A DNA stretch of 59,349 bases from Candidatus Thorarchaeota archaeon. Lineage in GTDB: Archaea; Asgardarchaeota; Lokiarchaeia; Sigyniarchaeales; SOKP01. A program made the position numbers and the translations under genes. The notes under the pieces were generated by a model. The model worked only from the letters and a program-made list of their open reading frames with translations, ran no database searches and was not told the DNA's origin. Location of the stretch: the NCBI GenBank assembly GCA_048882645.1, contig JBHLRJ010000004.1, positions 1 through 59,349 of the forward strand, in the 5' to 3' direction. Each line of letters starts with the position of its first letter. The stretch's first letter is position 1. Of this stretch, positions 20,690-31,714 are shown piece by piece.

Positions 20690-21412
20690 ATTCCATATTT
20701 CACCTATTCTGGAAAAAAGATTTTTTATCAAATAAAAGATAATGAATCTCAACAGGCTCTTATTTTTATCCATGGATCTGGAGGAAATTCAGACATTTGG
20801 AAAGATCAATTTAAGTTATCTATTAACTATAATATATATACACTTGATTTACCTTCTCATAATAAGTCTGACGTGTTCCCCGAACACTCGCTTGAGTTAT
20901 ATGTAGATGTCCTGAGGAAATTTATTGAATATACAGATTTAAAAAAAATAATTCTTGCTGGTCATTCATTAGGGGGTGCAGTGATTCAATCTTACTATTT
21001 TAAATATCCACATGAAGTCACTGCATTAATATTAATCGGAACAGGAGGAAGATTGCGAGTTTTACCAGAGATCTTAGATAATGTGAAAAACAATTTCCCC
21101 AAGTTTATTAAAGGTATGAATGACAGTCTTAAAAAAGAATTTCTGAAAACGGCTCCGAACGTTTGCTATGATGACTTTAAGATTTGTGATGGATTTGATG
21201 CACTTGATAAGACTGACTTAATCGATATTCCGTGTTTAATTTTAGTTGGTAAGCAAGATGACATGACTCCTATAAAATATTCCGAATTCTTTCATAAAAA
21301 GATAAAAAATTCTGAACTAGTAATAATTGATGATGCTGGGCATTTGGTTATGATGGACCAACCAATAAAATTAAATGAAGCAATAGAAAATTACATTAAT
21401 AATTATCTCTGA
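20690..21412 (+). CDS. Alpha/beta hydrolase; probable ATT start
   Basis: The frame is open from 20678 and encodes the HGSGG oxyanion motif upstream of the first GTG (20873). GHSLG nucleophile, and D and H of the triad, are present. Confidence 0.85.
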   Translation: MPYFTYSGKKIFYQIKDNESQQALIFIHGSGGNSDIWKDQFKLSINYNIYTLDLPSHNKSDVFPEHSLELYVDVLRKFIEYTDLKKIILAGHSLGGAVIQSYYFKYPHEVTALILIGTGGRLRVLPEILDNVKNNFPKFIKGMNDSLKKEFLKTAPNVCYDDFKICDGFDALDKTDLIDIPCLILVGKQDDMTPIKYSEFFHKKIKNSELVIIDDAGHLVMMDQPIKLNEAIENYINNYL

Positions 21413-21424
21413 CCCATAATATAG

Positions 21425-22225
21425 ATGCCGAGAGTATACACTTATGGTCCTTTTCAATCGAGGCGATTAGGCCTCTCTCTAGGTATAAATGTGTTACCTA
21501 ACTATAAGTTATGTACTTATAATTGTGTCTATTGTGAAATTGGTATTACTGAAAAGGAGAATCTAGTTTCTCCCGACTTCAGAATTAAATTACCACCTTC
21601 TACAAATTTTAGAAGAGAATTGATTTCAATATTAACTCATGTTCCTCACTTAGATTCTATAACTTTTGGTTATAATGGAGAGCCAACTCTAAATGAAAAT
21701 CTATTGGATTTCTTAAATATTACCATAGAAGTAAGGAATAAATTAGATTGGGATAAAAAACAACCTAACTTGACAATTTTTACCAATTCTAGTACTATTC
21801 ACCATGAAACAATAAGAAATAGGCTTAAAAACTTTGAGATAGTATTGGCAAAATTAGATGTGGCTACAAGTGAAGATTTTAAACGTACAAATCGACCACA
21901 TGAAAATTCTCCTAATATTGTTAAAATTATTGAATCTTTAGCTAAATTAAAACAAATCATGCCCCATGATCACAGATTAACTATTCAAACATTACTTTAT
22001 GACTCATATAAAGAAGATTTTCTCTCAAATAATAATAAAAAAAATATTGAAGAATTAGCTAAAGCTATCAAAAAAATAAAACCAGATAATGTTCAAATCT
22101 ATACAACCGCAAGAATTCCTGCAGAGTATTTTGTGTATAGTATTGATGATATCAGAAAACAAGAAATAGTAAAATATATAGAAAAGATTGTACTTGATAA
22201 GAATGTTCAAGTCAAATTCTATTAA
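21425..22225 (+). CDS. Radical SAM Fe-S oxidoreductase
   Basis: YGPFQSRRLGLSLG, CTYNCVYC and GEPTL motifs. Confidence 0.88.
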   Translation: MPRVYTYGPFQSRRLGLSLGINVLPNYKLCTYNCVYCEIGITEKENLVSPDFRIKLPPSTNFRRELISILTHVPHLDSITFGYNGEPTLNENLLDFLNITIEVRNKLDWDKKQPNLTIFTNSSTIHHETIRNRLKNFEIVLAKLDVATSEDFKRTNRPHENSPNIVKIIESLAKLKQIMPHDHRLTIQTLLYDSYKEDFLSNNNKKNIEELAKAIKKIKPDNVQIYTTARIPAEYFVYSIDDIRKQEIVKYIEKIVLDKNVQVKFY

Positions 22226-22311
22226 CAATTTTACAAATATTTTAATATAGTATAGATAAAACCATATTAATATTCAAGTTTATATCTTCTGTTGTTTTAA
22301 ATTATTATGAT

Positions 22312-23325
22312 GTGAAGGAAATGGAAGAGGAATATATTGCAGGAGTTGATATAGGGGGTACATGGATTCGAGTTGCCATATGTACAAAGGATTTAAATGA
22401 AAGAAACATAAAAAAAAAGAATAAGAGAACATTAAAAGAGACAAAATTTTCAATTAGTAATTCCGTGTGTGAAATACTATCAGAAATATTAAGAGAGAAT
22501 CATATAGATAGGGAACAACTTTTAGGGATAGGGATAGCTTCTGCGGGTCCTTTAAATATCGAAACTGGTGTAATTTTTAATAATGCGAACCTGGGTTTTA
22601 GAATCATTCCTTTAAAAGAACCAATTGAAGATAAATTTCCGGGAATACCTCTCTATTTTATAAATGACGGTGTGGGTGCAGTATTAGGAGTATATCATTT
22701 CGAAGCAGATGATGATGAAAAAGAGAATTTGGTATATATTACAATCTCAACAGGAATAGGAGGGGGGGCTATTTGTAATGGACATATACTTTTTGGAAAG
22801 GAAGGAAATGCAGCAGAAGTAGGTCATGCCATAGTTGAACCAAATAGCACTGTTAAATGTAACTGTGGTGCTTTTGGTTGTTGGGAAGCATACAGCTCTG
22901 GAATTGGTGTTCAAAAAAGAGCAAAACATGCACTAAAGAAAGGAAAATTGGATGGAGGGAAGCTGTTGAAAATTGTACAAAATGACCCAACTAAAATAAC
23001 TGCCAAAGAAGTATTCCAAGCAGCAAAAGAGGGTGATTATTTGTCGATGAAAATTGTAGATGATTGTATTTTTTATACCAAAGTAGGGATTGGTTTAGTA
23101 AATAACTTTTATGATTGCACTTCAATATATTTTGGGGGAGCAATGATGAAAGATAAGGATCAAATAATCCCTCATTTAGTGGAACACTATGAAACTGAAC
23201 CCTTCAAATTTTCCATAAACAATCCCCCAAATATTAGAATAACAAGATATATAGATGAAATTGGATTATTGGGTGCTTTAGCCCTCGTTAAGTATAAGTT
23301 AGAAAATAACCAAGTAGTTTCCTAA
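22312..23325 (+). CDS. ROK-family sugar kinase (glucokinase-like)
   Basis: DIGGT, STGIGGG, EVGH and CNCGAFGCWE motifs. Confidence 0.92.
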   Translation: MKEMEEEYIAGVDIGGTWIRVAICTKDLNERNIKKKNKRTLKETKFSISNSVCEILSEILRENHIDREQLLGIGIASAGPLNIETGVIFNNANLGFRIIPLKEPIEDKFPGIPLYFINDGVGAVLGVYHFEADDDEKENLVYITISTGIGGGAICNGHILFGKEGNAAEVGHAIVEPNSTVKCNCGAFGCWEAYSSGIGVQKRAKHALKKGKLDGGKLLKIVQNDPTKITAKEVFQAAKEGDYLSMKIVDDCIFYTKVGIGLVNNFYDCTSIYFGGAMMKDKDQIIPHLVEHYETEPFKFSINNPPNIRITRYIDEIGLLGALALVKYKLENNQVVS

Positions 23326-23352
23326 AAATCAATACGCAATTAAGCGGAGAGC

Positions 23353-24792
23353 ATGGAAAACGAAGGATTAATTTTTACATTAAGTGGGATCAGAGGAATT
23401 GCGGGAAAAGAGTTTAATTTTGATACTGCGAAGAAAATAGCAATTGCTTATGGATCTTGGTTCAATGGAGAAAAACAAGTTGTTATAGGAAGAGATACTA
23501 GACCCAGTGGAAAATTTATTGAAAATGGAATTCTTGAGGGTTTAATTCAGCAAGATTTTCATATAATCAATTTAGGAATTTGTCCTACTCCAGTAATAAT
23601 TCACACGAAAAATAAGTTCAATATTCCTGGTGCTATTGTAATTACTGGATCTCATAATCCTTCTATTTGGAATGGTTTAAAATTGCTTTCAAAACATAAT
23701 TTCTTGAGCGAAGATGACCTGAAACAAATCTCAACTAATTTTTCTAAAGTTCAACTTAGTTCTTCTATACCCTTATCTAAAAAAAAAATGCGTAAGAAAG
23801 TTACAAATTTGAATCCCATTCCTGACTATGTCAAAGATCTATATAAACATCTGGATTATAAAGAAATAAAGGAGAATAATAACCTTAAGGTTGCAATTGA
23901 TACAGGTGCAGGTGCTGGAAAGGTTGTAACTCCTCAATTACTAAGAGAAATAGGATGTTCTGTTAATGTAATTAACAATGAATTGCTTGTTAAAAACGCC
24001 TTTCCGAGAGAGATAGAGCCAATCCTAAAAAATCTAAAAGATTTGGTTATGGAAGTTTGGCAAGGAAATTATGATATCGGATTTGCCCACGATTCAGATG
24101 CGGATAGGTTAGCTATAGTTGGGGAGAATGGCATGTGTTACCCCGAAGATATTGGGTTAGCTCTCATTGCAGAAGATTATCTAAAGAAATACACGGGAAA
24201 ATTTGATGAAATAATCTTTGTAACAAACATAGCATCTTCTTTAAGATTTGATGTTATTGCTGAAAAGTATAGTGCTCAAATAATTAGAACATCAGTCGGG
24301 GAGATGTACTTAAAGGAAAAAATGAAAAATTTAATGGAGAATGAAATTAGATCTCCAAAAGAGCGTTTAATATTTGGAGGGGAGGGTTCGTGTGGAGGTA
24401 TTATTTTCCCATATTTCAATATAACGAGAGATGGAATTTTTGCTGCGGCAAAAATTATAGAAATCTTAGTAAAAACAGGAAGAAGTGTATCAGATTTAGT
24501 TTCTGATCTTCCCACTTACTACTCAAAAAGAGAGAAAATTAATATTAAAAATATAAATGTTAGGTTGTTAATGGATTTAGTAAAAAAGGAATTGATGGAT
24601 GAAGGAGAAGAAGTGGAACAAGTAAATAGCGATCTTCGCTTTGGTAAGGGAAAGGAATGGTTCATTTTAATTCATCCCTCTAATACTGAACCCGTAATTA
24701 GAATAATTAGTGAAGCTAAGAGGGAATCTCTCGCCAGAGTTTATTGTGAAGCTACCTCTGAACTTGTAAGACTAATGATTAAAAAGTTATAG
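23353..24792 (+). CDS. Phosphohexomutase (PMM/PGM/GlmM family)
   Basis: SGIRG, GRDTR, TGSHNP, DSDADR, GGEGS and PSNTEP motifs. Confidence 0.92.
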   Translation: MENEGLIFTLSGIRGIAGKEFNFDTAKKIAIAYGSWFNGEKQVVIGRDTRPSGKFIENGILEGLIQQDFHIINLGICPTPVIIHTKNKFNIPGAIVITGSHNPSIWNGLKLLSKHNFLSEDDLKQISTNFSKVQLSSSIPLSKKKMRKKVTNLNPIPDYVKDLYKHLDYKEIKENNNLKVAIDTGAGAGKVVTPQLLREIGCSVNVINNELLVKNAFPREIEPILKNLKDLVMEVWQGNYDIGFAHDSDADRLAIVGENGMCYPEDIGLALIAEDYLKKYTGKFDEIIFVTNIASSLRFDVIAEKYSAQIIRTSVGEMYLKEKMKNLMENEIRSPKERLIFGGEGSCGGIIFPYFNITRDGIFAAAKIIEILVKTGRSVSDLVSDLPTYYSKREKINIKNINVRLLMDLVKKELMDEGEEVEQVNSDLRFGKGKEWFILIHPSNTEPVIRIISEAKRESLARVYCEATSELVRLMIKKL

Positions 24793-24969
24793 CTTTTTTA
24801 TGGTTTTTTTAAATGTAGAATGCGAAATCTATTCCGCTCCCTTTCCAATTAGCTTCACAAAAATAGATTATACCGCAAAATTCTATTATTAAAGTATACC
24901 CTAAAGAGATTAAACATATTTATTGAGAAATCATGGAAGTTAAAGATCATAAATGGATTGGGTCAAAAA

Positions 24970-26796
24970 CTAGTTTTTCAATTTTTCAAGTACTTTTTTA
25001 GCTAATTTTAAACCAATAATTTTAGATATTTCTTCGATATCTGCTTTCTTTAGGGAATCTACACTTCCAAAGTGTTTCAGAAGTTTATTTCTAGTAATTG
25101 GTCCAACACCCTCAATCTCATCTAATATTGATCTGGTGATTCTCTTTTTTCTTTGCTTTTTATGAAGTCGAACAGCAAATCTATGAGCTTCGTCCCTTAC
25201 TCTTTGAAATAGTTTTAGGAGTGAAGAGTTTTTTGAAAGGATTATTGAGTCTTTTCTATTAGGGAGAAAAATTTCTTCATACTTTTTAGCTAATCCTATA
25301 ATCGGAATATTTAGACCTAATTCTTTTAGGACAGAAACTCCAGCGTTTAATTGACCCTTACCACCATCAATTAGGATTAAATCGGGAAGTTCTAAGTTCT
25401 TCTTCAGAAGCATAGTATATCTCCTTCTTAATATCTCTTTCATCATCGCTACATCATCAGGTGTAGATTTTGAACGAATGTTAAAATGTCGATAATTCTT
25501 ATTATATGGTTTTGCTTCCAAAAAATAAACCATTGAACCAGTTGCATCCCTACCTTCGATATTTGAGATATCGAATCCCTCGATAATCCTTGGTTCTGAA
25601 GGAAGATTTAATGTTTTTTTCGCCTCTTTCAAAACAGTCTCTCTAAAGTCGTCTTCATCCATTTTAATTCGTTCCATTTCAAATTGTTGTTGGACCATCA
25701 CATTGGCATTTTTCTTCGCAATCCGTAATAATCCTGATTCATTATCGTTAATTGAAGATCGTAATTGTATCGAGGATTTTAAGTCTTTTAAATAATTAAT
25801 AAGCAATTCAAGACGTTCATCTTTTTTAGAAACAATAATCGTATCAGGTAATTGAGCTTTAAAATCTTGATAATATTGTTCTAAAAGAGAAGTGAACAGT
25901 TCTTCTTTCTGCACTACTTTTTCTCTCAAATCGAAATTAAACGAGCTCTTATTAAGTATTCTCCCCTCACGAATATGGATAATGACCATTGAGAAATAAT
26001 TGTTTTCTGAATAATATCCAATTATATCTTTATTAGCTTCCTGATCTGAAAATACGTGTTGTTGGTCGGTAGCGTGAATAATATCTTCTAATTTATCTCT
26101 CCAAAATGCTGCTAATTCAAACTCTTGCTCTTTAGCAGCATTTTGCATTTTATCTTCAATCTGTTTTCTTATTTTACTTGTTTCTCCCTTCAAAAAGGAT
26201 TCAATACTTCTTATATTTTCTAGATACTCTTCTTTAGTTATATCAGTAAAACATGGAGCTGTACAAAGATCTAATTGGTAATATAAACAAGGCCTATTCG
26301 TCTTTCTAATGGGTTTTTTACAAGAGCAGTAGGGAAAAATCTTTCTTAAATCCCGTAATATTCTTATAATTTCTTTTTTATCAGTAAAAGGTCCTAAAAA
26401 TAAGTTCTCTTGGGAGTATTTTACAGGATTCCTTAAAACACGAATTCGAGGAAATTCTTCAGAATAAAAAATAGCAACCCAAGGATAAGATTTTGAGTCC
26501 CTCATTATCACATTATAGCGAGGTAAATTTTTTTTTATTTGAATGTTTTCCAAGAGGAGTGCTTCTTTTTCATTCTCTGTGACGATGTATTCAATAGAAT
26601 GAATGTTTTTAACTAGTTCATTTATTTTTTCCTCGTAATATGGGTCACTATAACTAGTCTTTAAAAAGTATTGATTAACACGCTTCTTCAGATTTAATGC
26701 CTTGCCAATGTAAATTATTGTACCTGTTTTATCTCCAAATAAGTAAACTCCCGGTTCATTTGGTAAACTTTTTCTTTGAAGGTCTAACTCTTTCAT
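24970..26796 (-). CDS. uvrC: Excinuclease ABC subunit C
   Basis: GIY-YIG domain (PGVY...YIGKA), UVR domain, EGFDISN, LIDGGKGQ, RDEAHRFA and a C-terminal HhH. Confidence 0.97.
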   Translation of the reverse strand: MKELDLQRKSLPNEPGVYLFGDKTGTIIYIGKALNLKKRVNQYFLKTSYSDPYYEEKINELVKNIHSIEYIVTENEKEALLLENIQIKKNLPRYNVIMRDSKSYPWVAIFYSEEFPRIRVLRNPVKYSQENLFLGPFTDKKEIIRILRDLRKIFPYCSCKKPIRKTNRPCLYYQLDLCTAPCFTDITKEEYLENIRSIESFLKGETSKIRKQIEDKMQNAAKEQEFELAAFWRDKLEDIIHATDQQHVFSDQEANKDIIGYYSENNYFSMVIIHIREGRILNKSSFNFDLREKVVQKEELFTSLLEQYYQDFKAQLPDTIIVSKKDERLELLINYLKDLKSSIQLRSSINDNESGLLRIAKKNANVMVQQQFEMERIKMDEDDFRETVLKEAKKTLNLPSEPRIIEGFDISNIEGRDATGSMVYFLEAKPYNKNYRHFNIRSKSTPDDVAMMKEILRRRYTMLLKKNLELPDLILIDGGKGQLNAGVSVLKELGLNIPIIGLAKKYEEIFLPNRKDSIILSKNSSLLKLFQRVRDEAHRFAVRLHKKQRKKRITRSILDEIEGVGPITRNKLLKHFGSVDSLKKADIEEISKIIGLKLAKKVLEKLKN

Positions 26797-27009
26797 AGAA
26801 GCAAAATCGGTTTTTAATAACTATAATATAATAATTTGTTGAAAGATTTATTTTTATTAGTTCAAGCTTTACGATATTATTAATAAGAGAGGAGACTAAA
26901 AGTTTTTTATTATTATTGATTATAAGTAACCATATATTTAGTCTCAAATTAGTTTTTAATGAGATTTAGAAATTAAATATTCTTTCATAAGAGGAGAACA
27001 AGCACATCT

Positions 27010-27210
27010 ATGGTAAAAATTCGAATTTGCCCGAAATGTAAGAAACCTACGCTAAAGATGGCAATGAACGTAAGTGGATGGCTAGCTCCGGACTTATTTG
27101 AGTGCCGCGACCAAAAATGTGGATATGTGGGTCGATTTTACATCGAAATTGATTCTGAAGATTTTGAACTAGAACAAGAGGATAATGAAAAGAATAGTTT
27201 AGAAGAATAG
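27010..27210 (+). CDS. Small zinc-finger protein
   Basis: CPKC...C-x4-CGY pattern, with GAGGAG upstream. Confidence 0.7.
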   Translation: MVKIRICPKCKKPTLKMAMNVSGWLAPDLFECRDQKCGYVGRFYIEIDSEDFELEQEDNEKNSLEE

Positions 27211-27262
27211 TACTAAATTTTTAATACTGAAAATTCTATATTCCTTTAGAATTATAAATTTT

Positions 27263-28207
27263 ATGATGAATATGGAACAGTTATTAAAAGATGCAGAAAG
27301 GATTTCATCTTTAGAAATTCAGGGTGCAACGAATGTAGCAATTAATGCAATCCAATTTCTAAGTAATTATGCAAACCGATTAAAATCAGAAAATGTCGAA
27401 CGGTGTTTTAAAGATTTATACAAAGCTGTAGACATTTTAGTTGATACAAGACCCACAGAACCCGCTATGAAAAATGGTTTGAAATATATCATGAATAAAT
27501 TAGAGCAAGAGAGAGTAAATTGTTATTCTGAATTTATTTCTGATCTAATAGAAAAATATAAAGAAGAATATCACGGGATGCTACAAAGTGCAAAGAAAAG
27601 AATTGCTATAATTGGAGCTCGTCGAATTCCTGCTGTAGAAAAGAAATTTATAGTAATGACTCATTGTCATTCAAGTTTAGTTACAGGTATTTTATTGGAA
27701 GCTAAAAGAGAGAATAAAAATTTTAAAGTGGTCAATACTGAGACGCAACCTAGATTACAAGGAAGGAAAACCGCAAAAGAATTGATAAATAGTGGTATAG
27801 AAGTTATACATGTCGTAGATAGCGCTATGAGGTGGGCAGTAAGACACTTTCAAGTTAATTTGATAATAATCGGAGCAGATAGCATCACAAGTGAGGGAAC
27901 TATTATTAATAAAATAGGATCAAGGTTACTAGCTTTAGTAGCTCATGAAGAGCATATCCCATTTTATGTAGCATCTCCATTATTAAAATATAATCCAGAA
28001 ACCAATCTAGGGATTTTAGAAACCATTGAAATGAGAGAGCCCAAGGAAGTTTGGGAAAATCCCCCGAAAGGTATTGAAGTCTTAAATCCTGCTTTCGAAA
28101 CAGTGTCTAGACGATATATAGATGGTTTAATAACAGAAGCGGGAATATTCGCGACTAGTCATGTACCTAATTATTTTGCTAAATTGTATCCCGAAATGGT
28201 TTCATAA
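27263..28207 (+). CDS. Ribose-1,5-bisphosphate isomerase (eIF2B-related family)
   Basis: IQGA, TRPTEP, THCHS, ETQP, GAD, NKIG and NPAFE motifs; adjacent to RuBisCO. Confidence 0.88.
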   Translation: MMNMEQLLKDAERISSLEIQGATNVAINAIQFLSNYANRLKSENVERCFKDLYKAVDILVDTRPTEPAMKNGLKYIMNKLEQERVNCYSEFISDLIEKYKEEYHGMLQSAKKRIAIIGARRIPAVEKKFIVMTHCHSSLVTGILLEAKRENKNFKVVNTETQPRLQGRKTAKELINSGIEVIHVVDSAMRWAVRHFQVNLIIIGADSITSEGTIINKIGSRLLALVAHEEHIPFYVASPLLKYNPETNLGILETIEMREPKEVWENPPKGIEVLNPAFETVSRRYIDGLITEAGIFATSHVPNYFAKLYPEMVS

Positions 28208-28216
28208 TTTATATCT

Positions 28217-29491
28217 TTATCCCCATTTTTCTATAGCTAGAGCTAATTCAGAATTACTCTTGGCATACTCCTTTAACTTTCTACCTTCTAAAACAGCATC
28301 TACAGCTTGTCTGATTGCTTTTGCTCCAGCTGTCGTTCCATCAGGATGACCATGGCACCCCCCTCCAAACTGGTAAACCATATCCTTTCCTAATAACCTC
28401 ATGAGTTCTGGAATGTGTAAGGGACTCAAACCACCTGAAGCAACAGGTAATGTTGGATGAAAATTGTACCAGTTCTGGTCTAACATTGATATATTGTTGC
28501 CAGTTATTTTTTCTTTAGAAATTACTGAATTTATTTCTAATACCTCTTGACTTTCACCTTCCATTTTACCTATAATCGTACCTGTATGTAATTGATCCAT
28601 TCCAATTAGTCTCATTAATTTAGCTAAAGCCAACATTGATATCCCATGTCTTTTACTTCGAGTAAATGCTGCATGCATTGCTCTATGAGCATGAAGGATA
28701 ACTTCTTTATTCTCAAGGAACTCTCTTATATCTTGTAAAGCAGAAAAACCAATTGTTACAATGTCAACCATGACATATTCACCTCCATTATCAATTACAT
28801 ATTCTGCTCTATTTTTCATCGTTGTAAGGGGAGCTGTTATATTTGGCATATAAAACTTTCTCTCTCCAGTTTCATTCTCAACTTTATCTCGAATTTTTAA
28901 TGTTTCAACAATCCGCTTCTCAAATCGGTTAAAAACCATATTAGTTAAGTTTTCATCATCTTTCACTATATCTAAACCTCCTTTCCACGCTTCTCCACAT
29001 ACCTTAGCGTGTTCAATTTCACTTAAACCAACTTTAGGTTTGACTATTGTACCTAGAAGGGGCCGGTCTTTAACTTTGGTAAGTTGTCTTATTCCTTTAA
29101 TTCCGAATTTAGGTCCTTTATATTTATCAAGAATATCTTTAGGAAATTGGATATCTAACAATCTTAGATATTTTAACACTTTCATACCAAAAATATTTCC
29201 CGCTATAGCACTTAATATTTGTGGTAAGTTATTTGCTTCAAAAAGCTCTTTTGTGTAAGCAATTTTAACAATATTATTTTTTGGATCAATATAAAATACT
29301 GATGGCTTAAGTCTTTCAGCGATATCAGCAGATAAAGTTGCTATTTCTGTCCAAGTGCCAATCGAGCTTTCTTTTGCGATTTCTTCACATGCTTGTTCTA
29401 AATCTCTACAATCAGAAGATTTTTCAACATAATACATTGCGATGAGGTCATCATCATTTGGTGTATAATTTAAATTTACATAATGTACCAA
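28217..29491 (-). CDS. rbcL: Form III ribulose-1,5-bisphosphate carboxylase
   Basis: ESSIGTW, KPKVGL, GGLDIVKDDE, HAHRAMH, GKMEG, SGG and GGGCHGHP motifs. Confidence 0.95.
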   Translation of the reverse strand: MVHYVNLNYTPNDDDLIAMYYVEKSSDCRDLEQACEEIAKESSIGTWTEIATLSADIAERLKPSVFYIDPKNNIVKIAYTKELFEANNLPQILSAIAGNIFGMKVLKYLRLLDIQFPKDILDKYKGPKFGIKGIRQLTKVKDRPLLGTIVKPKVGLSEIEHAKVCGEAWKGGLDIVKDDENLTNMVFNRFEKRIVETLKIRDKVENETGERKFYMPNITAPLTTMKNRAEYVIDNGGEYVMVDIVTIGFSALQDIREFLENKEVILHAHRAMHAAFTRSKRHGISMLALAKLMRLIGMDQLHTGTIIGKMEGESQEVLEINSVISKEKITGNNISMLDQNWYNFHPTLPVASGGLSPLHIPELMRLLGKDMVYQFGGGCHGHPDGTTAGAKAIRQAVDAVLEGRKLKEYAKSNSELALAIEKWG

Positions 29492-29625
29492 TCTATATCA
29501 TCCTCAAATAAAATAAATTTGTATGAACTTATAATTTCTCTAACTGACTTTAGCATAATGAATCATTTTATTAAAATCATAAAAAATTTATAATCTTTTT
29601 AATTATCTTACAAAGTGATTCAAGG

Positions 29626-29937
29626 ATGAGTGAGGAAAAAAGTAAGTCACTTACGATAATTGTAAAAGATCTAAGCTTTAAAAGCGACCAACATGTTGTT
29701 GATTTAATTAGGTTTTTAGCCGAAGCATTACCACAAATTGATCTTAACCGTGATGGAAATGAAATTAGCGTAGAAATGCCAACAAAATTATCGAAAAGAG
29801 CATTGAAACTTAGAATTAAAAAATTCTTATATAAAAAAGGATTGAATAAAGATTTTCGACCTATATTGTTCAAATCGGGTGAACAAGAAGGATATACTGT
29901 AAAAGAAAAGAAAATTATTGAGTTAAGCTATTACTAA
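29626..29937 (+). CDS. rpl22e: Ribosomal protein eL22 homologue
   Basis: SKRALKLRIKKFLYKKGL..DFR matches the eL22 core. Confidence 0.8.
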   Translation: MSEEKSKSLTIIVKDLSFKSDQHVVDLIRFLAEALPQIDLNRDGNEISVEMPTKLSKRALKLRIKKFLYKKGLNKDFRPILFKSGEQEGYTVKEKKIIELSYY

Positions 29938-29987
29938 TTCTATTTCTTTCTTAATATTATTATATAGATTAATAACTATAGTTAGTT

Positions 29988-30962
29988 GTGTCTGTAAAAA
30001 GATCCAATCTCAATTTGTCTATCAATTCAATAGATGATTTGATGAGATGTATTGGTCTAGCAAGCTTATTGGAATTAGCGGGATGGCCCAAACCTGGGAA
30101 TGTACATAGAACAAAAAATTTTGAAACCACAAGATTTGAACATTTTTTAGTGGGAATTATTGCAATACAACCAGACTTTAGGAGCTTCTGTGAGAGGATT
30201 TTCCAACTATCATTTGATAATGAAAATGTCTATAGAGAAATCAGATTAGGTCTTTTCTATCAAGATGCAGTTAAAGAGATGATAAGATGGCAGAGTGGAG
30301 GAAATGTTTTACTAGGACATATTCTTATATTGGCTCCACTGGCAGCAGCGGTGATTACCTGTATGAAAACAAATAAAACAAATATTATCAATTTTCAAGA
30401 TTACTTAAATCGGATTATTCAAGAATCTACTTCTGATGATACTATAGATATGTATAGAGCTATAAGATTGTGCAATCCAGGAGGTTTGGGAAAAGTTAAA
30501 AAATATGATCTTAATGACGAAAATGCTTTAAGAGATATTAAAGCAGACAACATAAATCTACATCAGATTTTCGAGCTTTCAAAAGAATATGATTTAATCA
30601 GTTCTGAATATTCCACAGGTTTTAATATAATATTAGCAGAGGGATTACCTTACTATTTGAATGCCTATACTCAGTATAGAGATCTGAATATCGCAACTGT
30701 TCATACATTTTTATATTTGCTTTCATTACATCCAGATACACTTATAATCAGAAAATCAGGGGTAGCCAATGCTCAGTATGTGTCAGAAAGTGCCTTAAAA
30801 ATATTACAAAAAGGAGGAATTTCTTCTACTGAAGGTTTAAAGTTAACACTGCAATTAGATAATGAACTCCAAGAAAAAAAAGGAAAACTCAATCCTGGAA
30901 CAACTGCAGATCTTCTTGCTGGAATAATTTTCTGTGCTCTAGTTTTTGGATTAAGATTTTAA
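29988..30962 (+). CDS. citG: Triphosphoribosyl-dephospho-CoA synthase (CitG family)
   Basis: PKPGNVHR, DTLIIRK and NPGTTAD motifs. Confidence 0.88.
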   Translation: MSVKRSNLNLSINSIDDLMRCIGLASLLELAGWPKPGNVHRTKNFETTRFEHFLVGIIAIQPDFRSFCERIFQLSFDNENVYREIRLGLFYQDAVKEMIRWQSGGNVLLGHILILAPLAAAVITCMKTNKTNIINFQDYLNRIIQESTSDDTIDMYRAIRLCNPGGLGKVKKYDLNDENALRDIKADNINLHQIFELSKEYDLISSEYSTGFNIILAEGLPYYLNAYTQYRDLNIATVHTFLYLLSLHPDTLIIRKSGVANAQYVSESALKILQKGGISSTEGLKLTLQLDNELQEKKGKLNPGTTADLLAGIIFCALVFGLRF

Positions 30963-31031
30963 AATCCAAAAAAATATTTGGCATTATTCATTTATTTTAA
31001 TTAAAATCATATCTAGTGGGATCGGAGCCCT

Positions 31032-31382
31032 ATGGAATTCTGTGATGAATGTGGAAGCATGATGTTACCATCCTCATTAGACGGAAAAGTAATCTTAAAG
31101 TGCAAATGTGGGGCAATAAAACCATTTTCAGAGGAAACCTCAGAATCATATAAAGTACACACTAAAATTGAACATCCAATTCGAAATGAAGTTACTAACT
31201 TGTCAGAGGTATTGGATTGGAAAGAAGAAAATTTGCGGAGCAGCATCAAAGATTTCAAATGCCCTAGTTGTGGTTATGATAAAGCTCATCTTGAAACAAG
31301 ACAAACGCGAAGAGCAGATGAAGGAATGACTCATTTTATAACTTGTTTAAAATGTGGACGCCATATAAAAATCGGAAGTTAA
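31032..31382 (+). CDS. tfs: Transcription factor S (TFS/RpoM family)
   Basis: Two zinc ribbons and the QTRRADE acidic hairpin. Confidence 0.92.
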   Translation: MEFCDECGSMMLPSSLDGKVILKCKCGAIKPFSEETSESYKVHTKIEHPIRNEVTNLSEVLDWKEENLRSSIKDFKCPSCGYDKAHLETRQTRRADEGMTHFITCLKCGRHIKIGS

Positions 31383-31394
31383 TAAAGTACGTCA

Positions 31395-31691
31395 TTAAGA
31401 TCGAAGTTTTCTAATAATTGATTGTTTTTCGGTTTTTTCTAAAAAATCTATTTGTATTGACTTATTTGAACTTTTTAGTCCTTTCAAAATTTTTATTTGA
31501 TCGGATGCAATATCTAATTTATTTTTTAAAAAACGTATTAATTCAATATTCGCCTTATTTTTTATAGGCTTAGCTAGAACCTGAATAGTAAGAAATTCGC
31601 CAGTATCAATAACACCTTGCTTTTTTGAATTTGTTTTTACATTAATGTGAAGAATGTATGAATACTTACTCAGTTCTTCAATATATCTCAT
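31395..31691 (-). CDS. DUF167/UPF0235 protein
   Basis: KANIELIRFL...I.ILKGLKSSNK pattern. Confidence 0.8.
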   Translation of the reverse strand: MRYIEELSKYSYILHINVKTNSKKQGVIDTGEFLTIQVLAKPIKNKANIELIRFLKNKLDIASDQIKILKGLKSSNKSIQIDFLEKTEKQSIIRKLRS

Positions 31692-31714
31692 TTTAAAAAC
31701 TGAAAATATCTAAT

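Noticed and set aside
24818-24884. Imperfect inverted repeat (AATCTATT/AATAGATT) between converging genes
   Set aside because: Short, AT-rich and without a recognisable motif; at most a 3'-end structure.
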